Shown here piece by piece: positions 1 to 10,784 of a DNA stretch of 64,000 bases. The stretch is from a virus (taxonomy: Duplodnaviria > Caudoviricetes): positions 224,001 to 288,000 of IMG/VR virus record IMGVR_UViG_3300037501_000111; one strand, 5' to 3'. The notes under the pieces were generated by a model. That model was not told the DNA's origin. It searched no databases and worked only from the letters and a program-made list of their open reading frames with translations. Positions within the stretch are counted from its first letter, which is position 1. Each line of letters starts with the position of its first letter. Position numbers and translations under genes: made by a program.

Positions 1-541
1 TTGTTGCAACTAAAATTGTGCCGGATGTTGGAAAACCTGAAGTAGAAGCAACGTTGATAGTACCAGTTGGTAGAGAAACGTTGTTAGAGGCAGCCGCAAT
101 AACGGTCGTACCACTCAGAAAAATGCTAGTTCTATATGCAATACGATATGAATTTGTTCCTGTATCATACCCATCAATTAAAAAACAGCCAGAATTATAC
201 GTAGGATTAGAGGTACTTCTTAAAACTAATAATCTACCAACATCTACTTGACTAACTACTCTAGTGCCAGCGGGAATAGATACAAAAAATTCTAAACCTG
301 AAGCCAGATTAATACCAGCTTTTGTTCCACCAGCAAAAGAAGGTACCGCGGCCGTAGGAGTAGAATCTGCAGTGGCAACTAAAAGTGTGCCCACTGAATT
401 TATATTGAAATTAGTATCTCCAACATATGTATATAGTAATACTCTTCGAAGAAATATCGCCATCAGATAAGATGGAATATAATTTCTAGCTGGAAACGAT
501 ACATTTTGTATTAAATAGTCTCGTAATAAATGTCTAGCCAT
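1..541 (-). CDS. Virion fibre/appendage protein, partial (runs off window start); paralogue of 1073..2830
   Basis: Not in the ORF track. Manual translation from ATG at 541 gives MARHLLRDYLIQNVSFPARNYIPSYLMAIFLRRVLLYTYVGDTNFNINSVGTLLVATADSTP...VGRLLVLRST, collinear with the N-terminus of 1073..2830, followed by the TTVIAAASNNVSLPTGTINVASTSGFPTSG module. Confidence 0.85.
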   Translation of the reverse strand, partial: MARHLLRDYLIQNVSFPARNYIPSYLMAIFLRRVLLYTYVGDTNFNINSVGTLLVATADSTPTAAVPSFAGGTKAGINLASGLEFFVSIPAGTRVVSQVDVGRLLVLRSTSNPTYNSGCFLIDGYDTGTNSYRIAYRTSIFLSGTTVIAAASNNVSLPTGTINVASTSGFPTSGTILVAT

Positions 542-548
542 TTTTACC

Positions 549-1076
549 TTACTGTATCCATCTTCCTACTATTTTGATGTCTACTAATGGATTTCCAGAA
601 GGAGGGGTGTAGAATATACCTAAATCTACATTTGGGGGATTTCCATTTGGGTCAAATAATACTGGCGACGGATTTTGGTTTGAATCAAACAATTCTGGAC
701 GAGGTACTATTTGTTCAGAAATGATCCATGTTTCATATAAACTTGTATTTGGGTTATATCCGGACACCTTATAATATATCTTTTGATCTTTTGGATGCAA
801 CAGAATTGGATTATTATCCATTTGTTTTGACTGAGTGCTATCAACCAAAACAGTGTTGTAGTTATTGTTAACGCCAAAATAATCTTGGTCTTTAGTAATA
901 TTACTAATACCTGTACTTACATCTATAGCGAGATAATTGTTTGCGATTCCAGCATAGAAAATTTCCACCTCTCCTTGACCATTTCCCAGATCTGTACCCA
1001 TAAAATTGCTGGAACTACCAGAATAATTTTCGTTGGTTCCAAAATTAATTGCAGTAATATCTGCCGCATAACTCAT
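549..1076 (-). CDS. Hypothetical protein in structural operon (175 aa)
   Basis: Start reassigned to MSYAADITA because this ATG overlaps the TGA of 1073..2830 (ATGA coupling). Confidence 0.75.
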   Translation of the reverse strand: MSYAADITAINFGTNENYSGSSSNFMGTDLGNGQGEVEIFYAGIANNYLAIDVSTGISNITKDQDYFGVNNNYNTVLVDSTQSKQMDNNPILLHPKDQKIYYKVSGYNPNTSLYETWIISEQIVPRPELFDSNQNPSPVLFDPNGNPPNVDLGIFYTPPSGNPLVDIKIVGRWIQ

Positions 1077-2830
1077 GGTATTACCTGTGGTCCATTCCAA
1101 GTCACATACACGCCTCGCTTCATGTGCATCCATGAATGTGAACTATCAGTAGTTACTGTAAAGTTACCAAAATTAGACCTTCCTGCTCTGAGATGTGGTA
1201 TTGTTCCTAATATTCTGGGTTCAATTGGAAATACGTTCTCAATTCCTGCATTTCCATTCCAGGTAGCAAATGTTCCTGCCAATAAATCTACCGAGAATAA
1301 TTCAGTAGATCCACTCCATGGACTATCTGCCGCAGAACCATCAAAAATAGGACTTCCAAATTGAGCTACTCCAGAAACATAAGTCCACAATGATGGAACG
1401 CAGCTACAAGGAACACCTCCCTGAGTTTGTGTTACTCCCTGACACCAGTTACCACGGTTTAAATCTCCAGAACTTCCCTGATACAAAATATTAGGAGACC
1501 AGCTTATATCGTTAAGAGAGTTGCCATATCCGCCGATACCACCAGTACTAATTCCGCTTCCGATCATAAATAATCTAGCTACATTATTCACTGGCAGTGG
1601 TGTTGGTTCATTTTCAGCTAAACCACAAGCAAAGAAATAATCTTGTGGTACGCTAATAAAACTTACTGCTGGGTTAAACTGTCTGCGGCCAAAAATAACT
1701 ACACCTTGTCCTGTGTCATCTCCGACAAGCGTTAATCTCCACGAGAATGGCCAGTAACTACTTGGTGTACCATTAACAGAAGAATCATCTCCAAATCCTG
1801 GTGCAGTTCCTGCAAATTTGGTTGTGTTATTTGTATTATAGTAAAGTGGTCCATGTAAGTGTGGGCCAGCTACAGCAAAATCTCCAGCAGAATTACCGCC
1901 AAAACCAGGCACACAAGTAATAGTGGGCACATTGCCATAATTACCGTTGCTATTAAAATTTTGACTATAATCAGCAAATGTTTCATGACATAGCCTAACT
2001 TGCCAGCCCAATGCATGAGGGCTTTGCATTATAATACGTGGGGTAGTAGAGTTTCCATATCCTCCGTACGTACCGCTATTTACAGCTACCCATGTACTGT
2101 TTGGAGATCCAGATGCTGGAGCAGCAGTGTCCTTTTCATAAATGTACCAATTCATGCTACCAAATGGTTCGACCGGTGGAAATCCGGTAGCACCCATTGT
2201 TCTATAGTCGATAATGTAGCAATTAGTTGTAACAGTACCTCCGCTTGTGTAGGTACCATTTCCAGTTGTTCCATTTAAAGTAAATTGAGTACTATTTAAT
2301 ACAGTAATTGTAAAAGTCCCGTTAGCTGCGGTATTACCACCAACTCCAGAAATGACAACAGTTTGCCCTGTAGTTAAAGTATGAGGGGTAGTAGTAGTAA
2401 TTTGAATTGGTGAAACGGCATTTCCTGAAGTAGTAGACACTGTATAGTTGAGCGCTTCAAATCCAGTGATAAGATAAATTCCTGAATTATATGTAGAATT
2501 AGCTGTGCTTCTTAGAACTAACAATCTACCAACATCAGTTAAACTTACTGTTCTAACCGATGGCGGTATCCAAACATAAAACTCTCTACCGGAACCCTGA
2601 TTAATCCCAGCTTTGGTGTTGGCTGGAAAAGTTGGCGTACCAGTTGGAGTAGTGTCGGCCGTAGCAATTAATAGTGTTCCGACAGCATTGATTGGGTAAT
2701 TAGTGTCACCAACATAACTATACAATAGTATTCTTCTCAGAAAAATACCCATCAGATAGCCACATATCCATTGCTTTGCATTAGTTGTTATGTTCTGAGT
2801 GAAATAATCTCGAACTGTGTGTATAGCCAT
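1073..2830 (-). CDS. Putative virion fibre/appendage protein with one E1-FCCH-like beta module
   Basis: 585 aa, T/G/N-rich; contains SPIQITTTTPHTLTTGQTVVISGVGGNTAANGTFTITVLNSTQFTLNG...YTSGG, a module typical of phage tail proteins. Confidence 0.65.
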   Translation of the reverse strand: MAIHTVRDYFTQNITTNAKQWICGYLMGIFLRRILLYSYVGDTNYPINAVGTLLIATADTTPTGTPTFPANTKAGINQGSGREFYVWIPPSVRTVSLTDVGRLLVLRSTANSTYNSGIYLITGFEALNYTVSTTSGNAVSPIQITTTTPHTLTTGQTVVISGVGGNTAANGTFTITVLNSTQFTLNGTTGNGTYTSGGTVTTNCYIIDYRTMGATGFPPVEPFGSMNWYIYEKDTAAPASGSPNSTWVAVNSGTYGGYGNSTTPRIIMQSPHALGWQVRLCHETFADYSQNFNSNGNYGNVPTITCVPGFGGNSAGDFAVAGPHLHGPLYYNTNNTTKFAGTAPGFGDDSSVNGTPSSYWPFSWRLTLVGDDTGQGVVIFGRRQFNPAVSFISVPQDYFFACGLAENEPTPLPVNNVARLFMIGSGISTGGIGGYGNSLNDISWSPNILYQGSSGDLNRGNWCQGVTQTQGGVPCSCVPSLWTYVSGVAQFGSPIFDGSAADSPWSGSTELFSVDLLAGTFATWNGNAGIENVFPIEPRILGTIPHLRAGRSNFGNFTVTTDSSHSWMHMKRGVYVTWNGPQVIP

Positions 2831-2839
2831 TCTGATTCC

Positions 2840-5800
2840 TTATATGATGAAGAACAAGTTTGATGGTAAGATTGTGTTATCCCAAATTATGGCAATACCA
2901 TTTTGTATATTAAGGAACTGTCCGCTTGGTGTACCAAATCTGTGATAGAGTGGTAGTTGCGTGCTTGTAAATTTTAGAGTTCTTAATCTTACTCTGCCCA
3001 ATGAAAATTGTCCTGTTACACCCGGCAAGCATAGTACACCATCTGAAGCTATTATAGTTCCTCGTGTTGTGTTGAATGCTAATTTAATGTCTGTAAGGTT
3101 AGCTCCAAAAGACGGCGAGCCATCTCCTGCTAAAGATTTAGATAACATTCGATGAACTCTAATAGTTCCAGTAGTATCTTTCATCCAAAAACCATTACCA
3201 ATAGTTCCGTTACCACCGGCAGATGTACCATCACATCTAAAAACAGTTCCATTGAATACTCCACCTCTTGTATTTACTATTACAGGATTTATATCCGCAG
3301 ATTGTGGATAAAGTCTGATTGGAATTTCACAGTGGAAATATGATGATCCATCTCCACTGTTTATATCTTTGTAATGCATCCAGAAGAATGCCGGATCAGC
3401 AGCCATTGTCATAGCCATAGTGTTAGCTGGGCCAGTGTTGAAGATATTTCCACTCAGTGTATTATTGAATTGTGCAGTTGCATCTATCTGCGGATCTCCA
3501 GTGACAGGAAATGTAAGGCCATTCCAATTTCCTCCTGGAGAAATAATAGTGCCAATGGTACCGGCAGTATCATTTCCAAACATTTGTACCTGGCTATTGG
3601 CTTGGCCAGGATTAATACCAACTGCTGATGGATTGAATTGCATAACCATATAGTTTCCGTTGCCGCTACTAAATGTTTGAGCAAGTCCAGCATCCACAAT
3701 TCTATAGTTGATATTTGTTCTATTAGTAAATGATGGGTGTAGATTTGTTGGATCGGGAGTGCCCCCAGTATTCAAATTGACTCTAATAGAGTTAGGACTA
3801 TTAACAGCAGTGATTATGTAGATAGCATCTTCAGTAGTTCCAGAATTTGGCTTCCACATTATTAACAGTTTTCCAACCATATTGCTGGTTGTAACTGTTT
3901 GTGTTCCACCACTGGTCCAAGATCCGTTTGGGGCAGAATTATTTAGGTATATACTATTACGATTGGCAATAGATCCTCCGCTTGTATATGTTCCTGATGC
4001 AAAAGATCCGTTTAATGTAGCAATTCTATTGCTAATTGCTGTGGTTAAAAATGTGCTATTAGCATTTGGCAAACCACCTATTCCAGATGTTATAACAGTC
4101 TGTCCAGTTAGTAATGTATGGAAATCGGAAGTGATAACAGTAATTGGCGACAGTATAGTATTTCCAGTAGTCATTGTACCGGTACCGCCCGAACAACCAG
4201 TGAAAGTATTATGAGTGGTTCCAGTATAGCTTACTGTTTGAACTCCGGCGCTACTTGTGATATTAAAAGATCCGCTTGAGGCATAGTTAATAGTCACTGG
4301 ATTGCCGGTTGACATGGTGCCAATACCGCCCGAACAACCAGTGAAAGTTGTGCCGGTCGTTCCAGTGTAAGTAACTGGTTGATATCCAAGAGTGGTTAAA
4401 ACATAAATGTATCCACTAGTTGGGAATCCTGTGGTAGACGCAACGTTAATAGTAGATTGTGGTAAGGCTTGTCCGTTAGAAGCAACAGCAATCGAAGTAT
4501 AGTTGCTTGCTGGAGAAAATGCCGTAAATACAGCACCGTCCGAGGAGGTATTTCCTGTACCACCAGAAGCCCCAGTTAATGTAGTGGCTGTTACTCCAGT
4601 ATATGTTACTAGTTGAGATCCGTTAGTAGTAGTAATATAAAGTGAGCCAGTAGTTGGGAAATTGGTAAAGAAACCAGTATTATTTACAGTATTACCAGTA
4701 AACATAGTTCCAACACCACCTAGTGCTCCAGTAAATGTAGTTGCTGTTGTGCCAGTATATGTAACAGCTTGATTAAATGGTCCACCACCGATTGGGTTAT
4801 TAATCAGTAAAGTACCAGTACCACCTGTTACACCAGTAAATGATGTAGCGGTAATTCCAGTATAAGTAACTGAGGTAGCTGCATAAACAGTGCCACCAGT
4901 TGACATGGTACCACCTCCGCCAGAACATCCAGTAAAGGTAGTAGCAGTGGTACCAGTATATGTAACTATCTGAGAACCAGTGCTGGTTGTTACAAAAATT
5001 GTACCAGAGGCTGCAAATCCAGTCGTAGACGCTACGTTGATAGTTCCTTGTGGTAGAGCTTGTCCGTTGGATCCTGCTGCAATAGTTGTTTGAATAGCGT
5101 TATCTGCTACACTTAGTGTGCCGCTGGTTGGAAATCCACTAGTAGTAGATACGTTAATAGTTGATTGTGGGAGTGATTGCCCGCTAGATCCAAGTGCAAT
5201 ACTTGTTACAACTATTGTTGCAACATTCAAAGTACCAGAGGTTGGGAATCCGGTAGTAGAGGCTACGTTAATTGTGCCTGTCGGCAGATTAACATTGTTA
5301 GAGGCAGCAGCTACAGTTGTAGAGGCAGTTGCGGTAGCAGCTACGTTAATAGTTGCTTGTGGGAGCGTTTGAACACCAGTTGTAGTTGTAAATGGTGCAA
5401 CAGTACTTGAGTTAACAGTTGCTTGTGGCAATGTGGCACCGTTTGATGGAAACGCCGTAGTAGTATTAAAATATGTTGCATTAGAAATAGAGTTAGTTGG
5501 TGTATTAATAGTCCACGTACCATTAGCTGTGGTATTTCCAGTTACTCCGCTTACAACAACTGATGCCAAGTTAACATAAGAATTTGCCGCGGTCATATTT
5601 ACTGAAATTGGAGCATACACAGCGCCATCAATAGACATAGTTCCTGTACCACCTGAACATCCTGTAAAGGTTGTTCCCGTAATTCCTGTATATGTAACTG
5701 TTTGTATACCAGCACTAGTGGTGACATGAATTGTTCCAGAACTTGGGAATCCGATAGAAATAGATCCGCCAGTTTGCATAGATCCTCGACCTAAAGTACA

Positions 5801-6613
5801 TCCGGTAAACGTAGTTGCAGTTATACCGGTGTACAAAACTAACTGGGTGCCCTCTGTTGTCTGCACATTTAGAAATCCACCTGATGGAAATCCTGTTGTG
5901 GAGGCTACGTTAATAGTGCCAGTTGGCAGAGAAACATTGTTAGAGGCAGCAGCGATAGTTGTGCTAGCGGTAGTTGTGGAGGCAACATTGATTGTTGCTT
6001 GAGGTAAACTTTGTCCGTTAGATCCTGCTGCGATTGTAGTTCTGTAATTAGAAACATTATTAATAGTAAAGCTAGTGTTTAAATTAGTAAAAGGATTAAT
6101 ATTTGTGGCATTAAAAATAGCATTGCCATTAACGTTGGTACTTATTTGAGCTGGAGTATATCCATCATTGCCAATTGCTAAAACAGGAGTTCCTTCAGTA
6201 AAGTTAACTGGCCAAGCGAATGGTGTAGTGTTAACAGTTCCACCACCAGTATATGAACCATTTCCAGTTGATCCATTTAAACTAAATGTAGTTGTGCTTG
6301 TGACAGTAATTTGGAAGGTACCATTGGCCGCTAAATTACCGAGCACGCCAGAAATTGTAACTTGTTGTCCAGTAAATAAAGCATTAGTTGTGGTAGTGGT
6401 TATTACAATTGGAGAAACGCCAGCTCCCGTAGTGTTTGATACGGAATAGGTTGTGCTCATAGTGGTTGCAAATCCGCCTGGAGATTGAAGGCTAGAAGTA
6501 CCATTAACGCAATATCCCCAGAACTCGTAGAGTATTTTAAGGAACTCGGAAGCTCTTCCAGTTTGGTTATAGTTGTAAAGTAGTCCTCGACAGAACCTTA
6601 GTGAAGTTGGCAT
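2840..6613 (-). CDS. Long repetitive virion fibre protein (1257 aa)
   Basis: At least six full or partial copies of a ~65 aa TTIAAxSNGxxLPQxTINVASTTGFPTSG...VTYTGxTxTTFTGCSGG repeat plus FCCH-like modules. Confidence 0.7.
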   Translation of the reverse strand: MPTSLRFCRGLLYNYNQTGRASEFLKILYEFWGYCVNGTSSLQSPGGFATTMSTTYSVSNTTGAGVSPIVITTTTTNALFTGQQVTISGVLGNLAANGTFQITVTSTTTFSLNGSTGNGSYTGGGTVNTTPFAWPVNFTEGTPVLAIGNDGYTPAQISTNVNGNAIFNATNINPFTNLNTSFTINNVSNYRTTIAAGSNGQSLPQATINVASTTTASTTIAAASNNVSLPTGTINVASTTGFPSGGFLNVQTTEGTQLVLYTGITATTFTGCTLGRGSMQTGGSISIGFPSSGTIHVTTSAGIQTVTYTGITGTTFTGCSGGTGTMSIDGAVYAPISVNMTAANSYVNLASVVVSGVTGNTTANGTWTINTPTNSISNATYFNTTTAFPSNGATLPQATVNSSTVAPFTTTTGVQTLPQATINVAATATASTTVAAASNNVNLPTGTINVASTTGFPTSGTLNVATIVVTSIALGSSGQSLPQSTINVSTTSGFPTSGTLSVADNAIQTTIAAGSNGQALPQGTINVASTTGFAASGTIFVTTSTGSQIVTYTGTTATTFTGCSGGGGTMSTGGTVYAATSVTYTGITATSFTGVTGGTGTLLINNPIGGGPFNQAVTYTGTTATTFTGALGGVGTMFTGNTVNNTGFFTNFPTTGSLYITTTNGSQLVTYTGVTATTLTGASGGTGNTSSDGAVFTAFSPASNYTSIAVASNGQALPQSTINVASTTGFPTSGYIYVLTTLGYQPVTYTGTTGTTFTGCSGGIGTMSTGNPVTINYASSGSFNITSSAGVQTVSYTGTTHNTFTGCSGGTGTMTTGNTILSPITVITSDFHTLLTGQTVITSGIGGLPNANSTFLTTAISNRIATLNGSFASGTYTSGGSIANRNSIYLNNSAPNGSWTSGGTQTVTTSNMVGKLLIMWKPNSGTTEDAIYIITAVNSPNSIRVNLNTGGTPDPTNLHPSFTNRTNINYRIVDAGLAQTFSSGNGNYMVMQFNPSAVGINPGQANSQVQMFGNDTAGTIGTIISPGGNWNGLTFPVTGDPQIDATAQFNNTLSGNIFNTGPANTMAMTMAADPAFFWMHYKDINSGDGSSYFHCEIPIRLYPQSADINPVIVNTRGGVFNGTVFRCDGTSAGGNGTIGNGFWMKDTTGTIRVHRMLSKSLAGDGSPSFGANLTDIKLAFNTTRGTIIASDGVLCLPGVTGQFSLGRVRLRTLKFTSTQLPLYHRFGTPSGQFLNIQNGIAIIWDNTILPSNLFFII

Positions 6614-6652
6614 TTATTCTCCGTTTAACCAAAATGTCGTATTATTAGGTGT

Positions 6653-7612
6653 TTATGCAAACCAAGTATCTATCACTTCAGGAGTAGAATATGGGCCTGA
6701 GCACGGGAAAGCTGGTGCATTTGCTAAAGAAATTTGCGTATCAACCCAAACAACCGGAGTAGGAGTGACGCAGGATGTATCATAAGCTCTCAATTTGTAA
6801 TATTGAACGGCGCTAGTAACTGTGATTGGTAGTGCTCCAACTTTATAAATCAACTTAAAATAGTCTAATGTTCTTTCTACGTTGGCCACTCTAATATCTT
6901 GAATAAGAATATTTGGCTCTTCTTTGTTAGATGAGCCAGTTGCAGTAATAGCTCCAGTTCTCCAGAAACCAAATCCGTTAATACCATCTGTATAAGATAT
7001 TGAGGCTGCCGGAAATGTATTAAGCTGAACACCAGCCGAATATCTAATACATTGAATGCCATTTAAATAAGCTCTTACAGATGTTCCATCGTAAGACATT
7101 CCTATATGAGACCATTGTTGTAATGGAATTGGAAAATCTGTAACGTTAAATGAAGCATTTGTAGAAGAATTTAAAGCGAGTTCTGCTCCCCAATCTTGAC
7201 CACCATTAGATGTAAACGTGGATAAATTAATAGCCTGAAATGGTGCTGCCCAACTTGATGTAATTGTACTATCTCTGTATTCTTTAGCAACTATTGTTGT
7301 ATTATTAGAAGTGGTGTAAGATTTTAAATATATCCAACAAGAAAGAGAAATTGGAGGGCTTGGATTTATCGTTCTAGCTCCAGCGGCATAATTTCTAGTT
7401 GCAGAAGCTCCTGTTGGGTAATTTCCTGTGCTAGGAAATTGTGCACAAGGATCATCGAATACGCCCGTACCAGTTCTTACTATCGTATTGGTAATGTTTA
7501 AATCTGTAGTAGTATCATTAGGAGATAGAGAGCCCGAATTTCTATAAGGCCCCGAAGTTTCATTCAACCTCCATACTAAAATATCATTTACATCAGGTGG
7601 TATTCTGGCCAT
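6653..7612 (-). CDS. LamG/concanavalin A-like jelly-roll protein
   Basis: ISLSCWIYL...QWSHIGMSYDGTSVRAYLNG pattern of Laminin_G_3 domains. Confidence 0.8.
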   Translation of the reverse strand: MARIPPDVNDILVWRLNETSGPYRNSGSLSPNDTTTDLNITNTIVRTGTGVFDDPCAQFPSTGNYPTGASATRNYAAGARTINPSPPISLSCWIYLKSYTTSNNTTIVAKEYRDSTITSSWAAPFQAINLSTFTSNGGQDWGAELALNSSTNASFNVTDFPIPLQQWSHIGMSYDGTSVRAYLNGIQCIRYSAGVQLNTFPAASISYTDGINGFGFWRTGAITATGSSNKEEPNILIQDIRVANVERTLDYFKLIYKVGALPITVTSAVQYYKLRAYDTSCVTPTPVVWVDTQISLANAPAFPCSGPYSTPEVIDTWFA

Positions 7613-7615
7613 ATG

Positions 7616-8557
7616 TTAAAATCCTAGTTTTGTCCAAGAGCCTACAATTTCTATTGGCCCAAGATTGCCGCCACATGGAGCAGGAGGTGCTCCGTTATAG
7701 TTTATTCCTGTAGAAATCCAATAAACAGGATTTGAAGTAGCACAATTAGTGTCATATGCTCTTAACTTATAATACCTAGTTAAAGGGCTTGTCCCTGTAC
7801 CAGGAGATAATACTCCATTTCTATATATATTCTGGAAATATGATTGTGGTCTAACTATATTCGCAATTCTAAAATCACAAATTGAAACAACTGGCTCTTC
7901 TGGATTTCCAGACCCCGATGGAATAGCTCCAAAAAACCATGGTCCTGGCGTGGATCCATAATTAATAGGCCCAGTTGAGGTAGCGGTAGCTACAACGTTT
8001 CCGTTTATATAAGCTATTTGCGTAGTACCATCCCAAGTCACCGCAGTGTGAGTCCAAGCATGAAGAGGAACTGTACTCTCTGCTGATACTAATGGAGTTC
8101 CACCTGATGTTGGTAAAACAAATAAATCCCACTGCTGAGATTGGCCAGCATATGTTCTATTTTGTAGTTCGACAGAAGCAAATGTACTGGACCAGTTCCC
8201 AGTATTAGTTTGTTTGACCCATAAATGTTGTGTGAATCCTGTTGTATTATATGCTCGCAAATATACCCAACAAGAAAATGAAACTGGTGCTTGCGGCATA
8301 ACACTATTAGCTCCAGAAATAAAATTTCGAGGACTGCTACTGTTGGCACCAGTAAACATGATACAACTATTAGCACCAGAAGCTGCAAATAAGCTTGGTT
8401 GCTGTAATAATATTGTTCCAGATAGAGTAGATAAATCGGAAATGGCATGTGACGGGGCGGAAGGAGACGTAGATGAATTTACGAACGGAGCGCCAGCTTC
8501 GTCTAATCTCCACACAACAATATCATTATCATCTGGTGCTATTCTTGTTCCTGACAT
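7616..8557 (-). CDS. LamG/concanavalin A-like jelly-roll protein
   Basis: VSFSCWVYL...WTHTAVTWDGTTQIAYINGNVVA; N- and C-termini paralogous to 6653..7612. Confidence 0.8.
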   Translation of the reverse strand: MSGTRIAPDDNDIVVWRLDEAGAPFVNSSTSPSAPSHAISDLSTLSGTILLQQPSLFAASGANSCIMFTGANSSSPRNFISGANSVMPQAPVSFSCWVYLRAYNTTGFTQHLWVKQTNTGNWSSTFASVELQNRTYAGQSQQWDLFVLPTSGGTPLVSAESTVPLHAWTHTAVTWDGTTQIAYINGNVVATATSTGPINYGSTPGPWFFGAIPSGSGNPEEPVVSICDFRIANIVRPQSYFQNIYRNGVLSPGTGTSPLTRYYKLRAYDTNCATSNPVYWISTGINYNGAPPAPCGGNLGPIEIVGSWTKLGF

Positions 8558-8566
8558 TAGTTTTCC

Positions 8567-9289
8567 TTATGGTACCGTTCCGCCAAAATATACATCAGCA
8601 AAATAAGATTGTGGTCTAACAATATTGGCCAGCCTAACATCCTGTACCATTATATTTCCTCCGTCTAATGACGTCGTGTCTGGAATAGTTCCTATGAACC
8701 ATTTACCTGGATTTGAACTATTATCAACCGCTCCTCCCCCAGGGACTAATGTTCCCACTAAAGTACCATTTAGATAAGCTCTAAGTGTAGTACCATCCCA
8801 AGTTTCCCCAATATGAACCCATCTACCTTGTGGTATAAGATTTGGAGAATTAATAGCCAATTCTCTTAAAGTGCCGCTGGTAGTAACGTAAGCAATCCAT
8901 CTTCCATCAGAAGTATTTCTAATGTATAAACCACATGTCAAAAATGGAAAAGCCCAGGAATTAGCAATGTACTGCTTAGTAAAAACGGAACCAAAATTAC
9001 TAGCGTATCTTCTAACATAAACCCAAGCAGAGATTGAAAAATTGGTTGGAACGGTAACTCCATATGCTCCACCAGTGCCATCGTGATTAGGAGAGATGCT
9101 TTGCCCAGGTATATAAACCCCTTTGAAATCTTCATCTATCTTAATAATTCCAGGTACTTCGGTAAGCATGTTTCCATAATCTACAAGATCGCCAATCGAT
9201 CCTAATGTTCCTAAATTTGGACGATTAGGACCTTTCTCGTTAAGTGGATATACTAGGATATCATTTGCATCAGGCGCTACTCTAGCCAT
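8567..9289 (-). CDS. LamG/concanavalin A-like jelly-roll protein
   Basis: FSISAWVYV...WVHIGETWDGTTLRAYLNG; GAGGA RBS upstream. Confidence 0.8.
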   Translation of the reverse strand: MARVAPDANDILVYPLNEKGPNRPNLGTLGSIGDLVDYGNMLTEVPGIIKIDEDFKGVYIPGQSISPNHDGTGGAYGVTVPTNFSISAWVYVRRYASNFGSVFTKQYIANSWAFPFLTCGLYIRNTSDGRWIAYVTTSGTLRELAINSPNLIPQGRWVHIGETWDGTTLRAYLNGTLVGTLVPGGGAVDNSSNPGKWFIGTIPDTTSLDGGNIMVQDVRLANIVRPQSYFADVYFGGTVP

Positions 9290-9296
9290 CTATTCC

Positions 9297-10679
9297 TCAC
9301 GAGTACACTATAGTTATTCGAGCATTGTTACATATTACTCTATCTGTCACAGATCCGCTTGTTTTCCAAATTTGAACTTCATATCTGGTAGGAGCATCGC
9401 TTCTAATATTTCCTGGACTAGTACCCACAACTAAAGGTATGGAAGTGTATTCTGTGGTAACAGTGTTATTAAATTGGAATAGTGTATTTGTAACAGCTAC
9501 ATTGTGTGTAGTATCAAATAACCTACAATATCCATCTACACCAACCGAAGAAACTTCTAGACTGGCTTTAAATGTCATACTTCTAGCTCTTCCACTATTA
9601 TCTGTTAGTAGTGCCGGATACAGTGTAATATCCACTTCTCTACCACCTGTTCCTGCTGGTGTAGAAAATCCATTCATTTCTGTGCCAGACACAAAATTAA
9701 TATCAGAAGGCATAGCTAAAGCTAGAAGCGTAGTAATTAAAACAGGCGGACTATAAACAATATTAATTCTAGCATTTCTACAGATAACTTGATCATTAGC
9801 CCCGCCACCAGTAATAAAAATTTGAACTTCATACTGAGCAGTCATATCTGTTCTCATCAATCCAGGAGTTACTCCTGAATTAATATTGGCAGACAGCTCT
9901 ACTGAAGTTAAACTGCTGGTAGATAATGTACTACTTGTAATAACAACATTGTTTGTAACATCTTTGATTCTTACGAAACCCGTGGCTGCCGCATTAGTTA
10001 CTTCCAGATCAGCTTTAAAGGTCATAGTTCTAGTACGACCATCTAGAGTGGTAGATGGAAATGGTGACATATCTACAGCACGAGCGCCTACTCTGAATGG
10101 AGAAGAAGAGTTAGTATATCCGTCTCCTCCTACAAAAACAATATCAACCGGCAAAAGAATAACGGTTGGTAGAATATTTAAAGTTACACTTTGAGTAACT
10201 GGTTTCCAAATATAACCGTCCCAAGTAAGTACTTGATTGGATGTTGGGGCTTGAGTAGAAACTGGACGACCCTGTAATCCGGTAACATATGGAAGTGTGT
10301 GTGTATTTCCTAAATCTTGTGCTAATTGAACTGAATTAGTAGGTTGCCAAACAATACCATTCCATCCTATAACTTGATTAGGTAATGGTGCGGCACTGGA
10401 AAGTGGACGATCCTGTAAACCGATAACTAATGGATGAGATGGTGTGCCACCTAAATCTCCAGCTATTGTTACAACTTGCTGAGTAATTAAATTCTCAATA
10501 CGGTCCATTCTAGATCTGACAGTAGCAAATGTGCCGCTCGGTTTAGCTCCTAATTCATTTTCAATTGCAATAATGGCATCTCTTAGTCGATTGACCGTAT
10601 CTCCACCAATTGGGGATTGGTTATCCTCTACAAGAGGCAAAGTAACATTATTGTCTATCTGTGCTGGATAAGTAGTCAT
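9297..10679 (-). CDS. Putative fibre/virion protein
   Basis: N-terminal YPxxxDNNxTLP...LRDAIIAIENELGxxPSG domain shared with 10785..13733; two DLGxTxxxPxVxGLQxRP...NQVxxWxGxxWxP repeats; duplicated C-terminal domain. Confidence 0.65.
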   Translation of the reverse strand: MTTYPAQIDNNVTLPLVEDNQSPIGGDTVNRLRDAIIAIENELGAKPSGTFATVRSRMDRIENLITQQVVTIAGDLGGTPSHPLVIGLQDRPLSSAAPLPNQVIGWNGIVWQPTNSVQLAQDLGNTHTLPYVTGLQGRPVSTQAPTSNQVLTWDGYIWKPVTQSVTLNILPTVILLPVDIVFVGGDGYTNSSSPFRVGARAVDMSPFPSTTLDGRTRTMTFKADLEVTNAAATGFVRIKDVTNNVVITSSTLSTSSLTSVELSANINSGVTPGLMRTDMTAQYEVQIFITGGGANDQVICRNARINIVYSPPVLITTLLALAMPSDINFVSGTEMNGFSTPAGTGGREVDITLYPALLTDNSGRARSMTFKASLEVSSVGVDGYCRLFDTTHNVAVTNTLFQFNNTVTTEYTSIPLVVGTSPGNIRSDAPTRYEVQIWKTSGSVTDRVICNNARITIVYS

Positions 10680-10784
10680 GAAAGCCTTTGGATCTCTTAA
10701 CGTTATTTTTTACTCAGATGTATGCTAAAAATTTAGTATACTTGTGTGGTAAGGCCCTACCGCCCTAGGCTGAAACGTTAAAAC

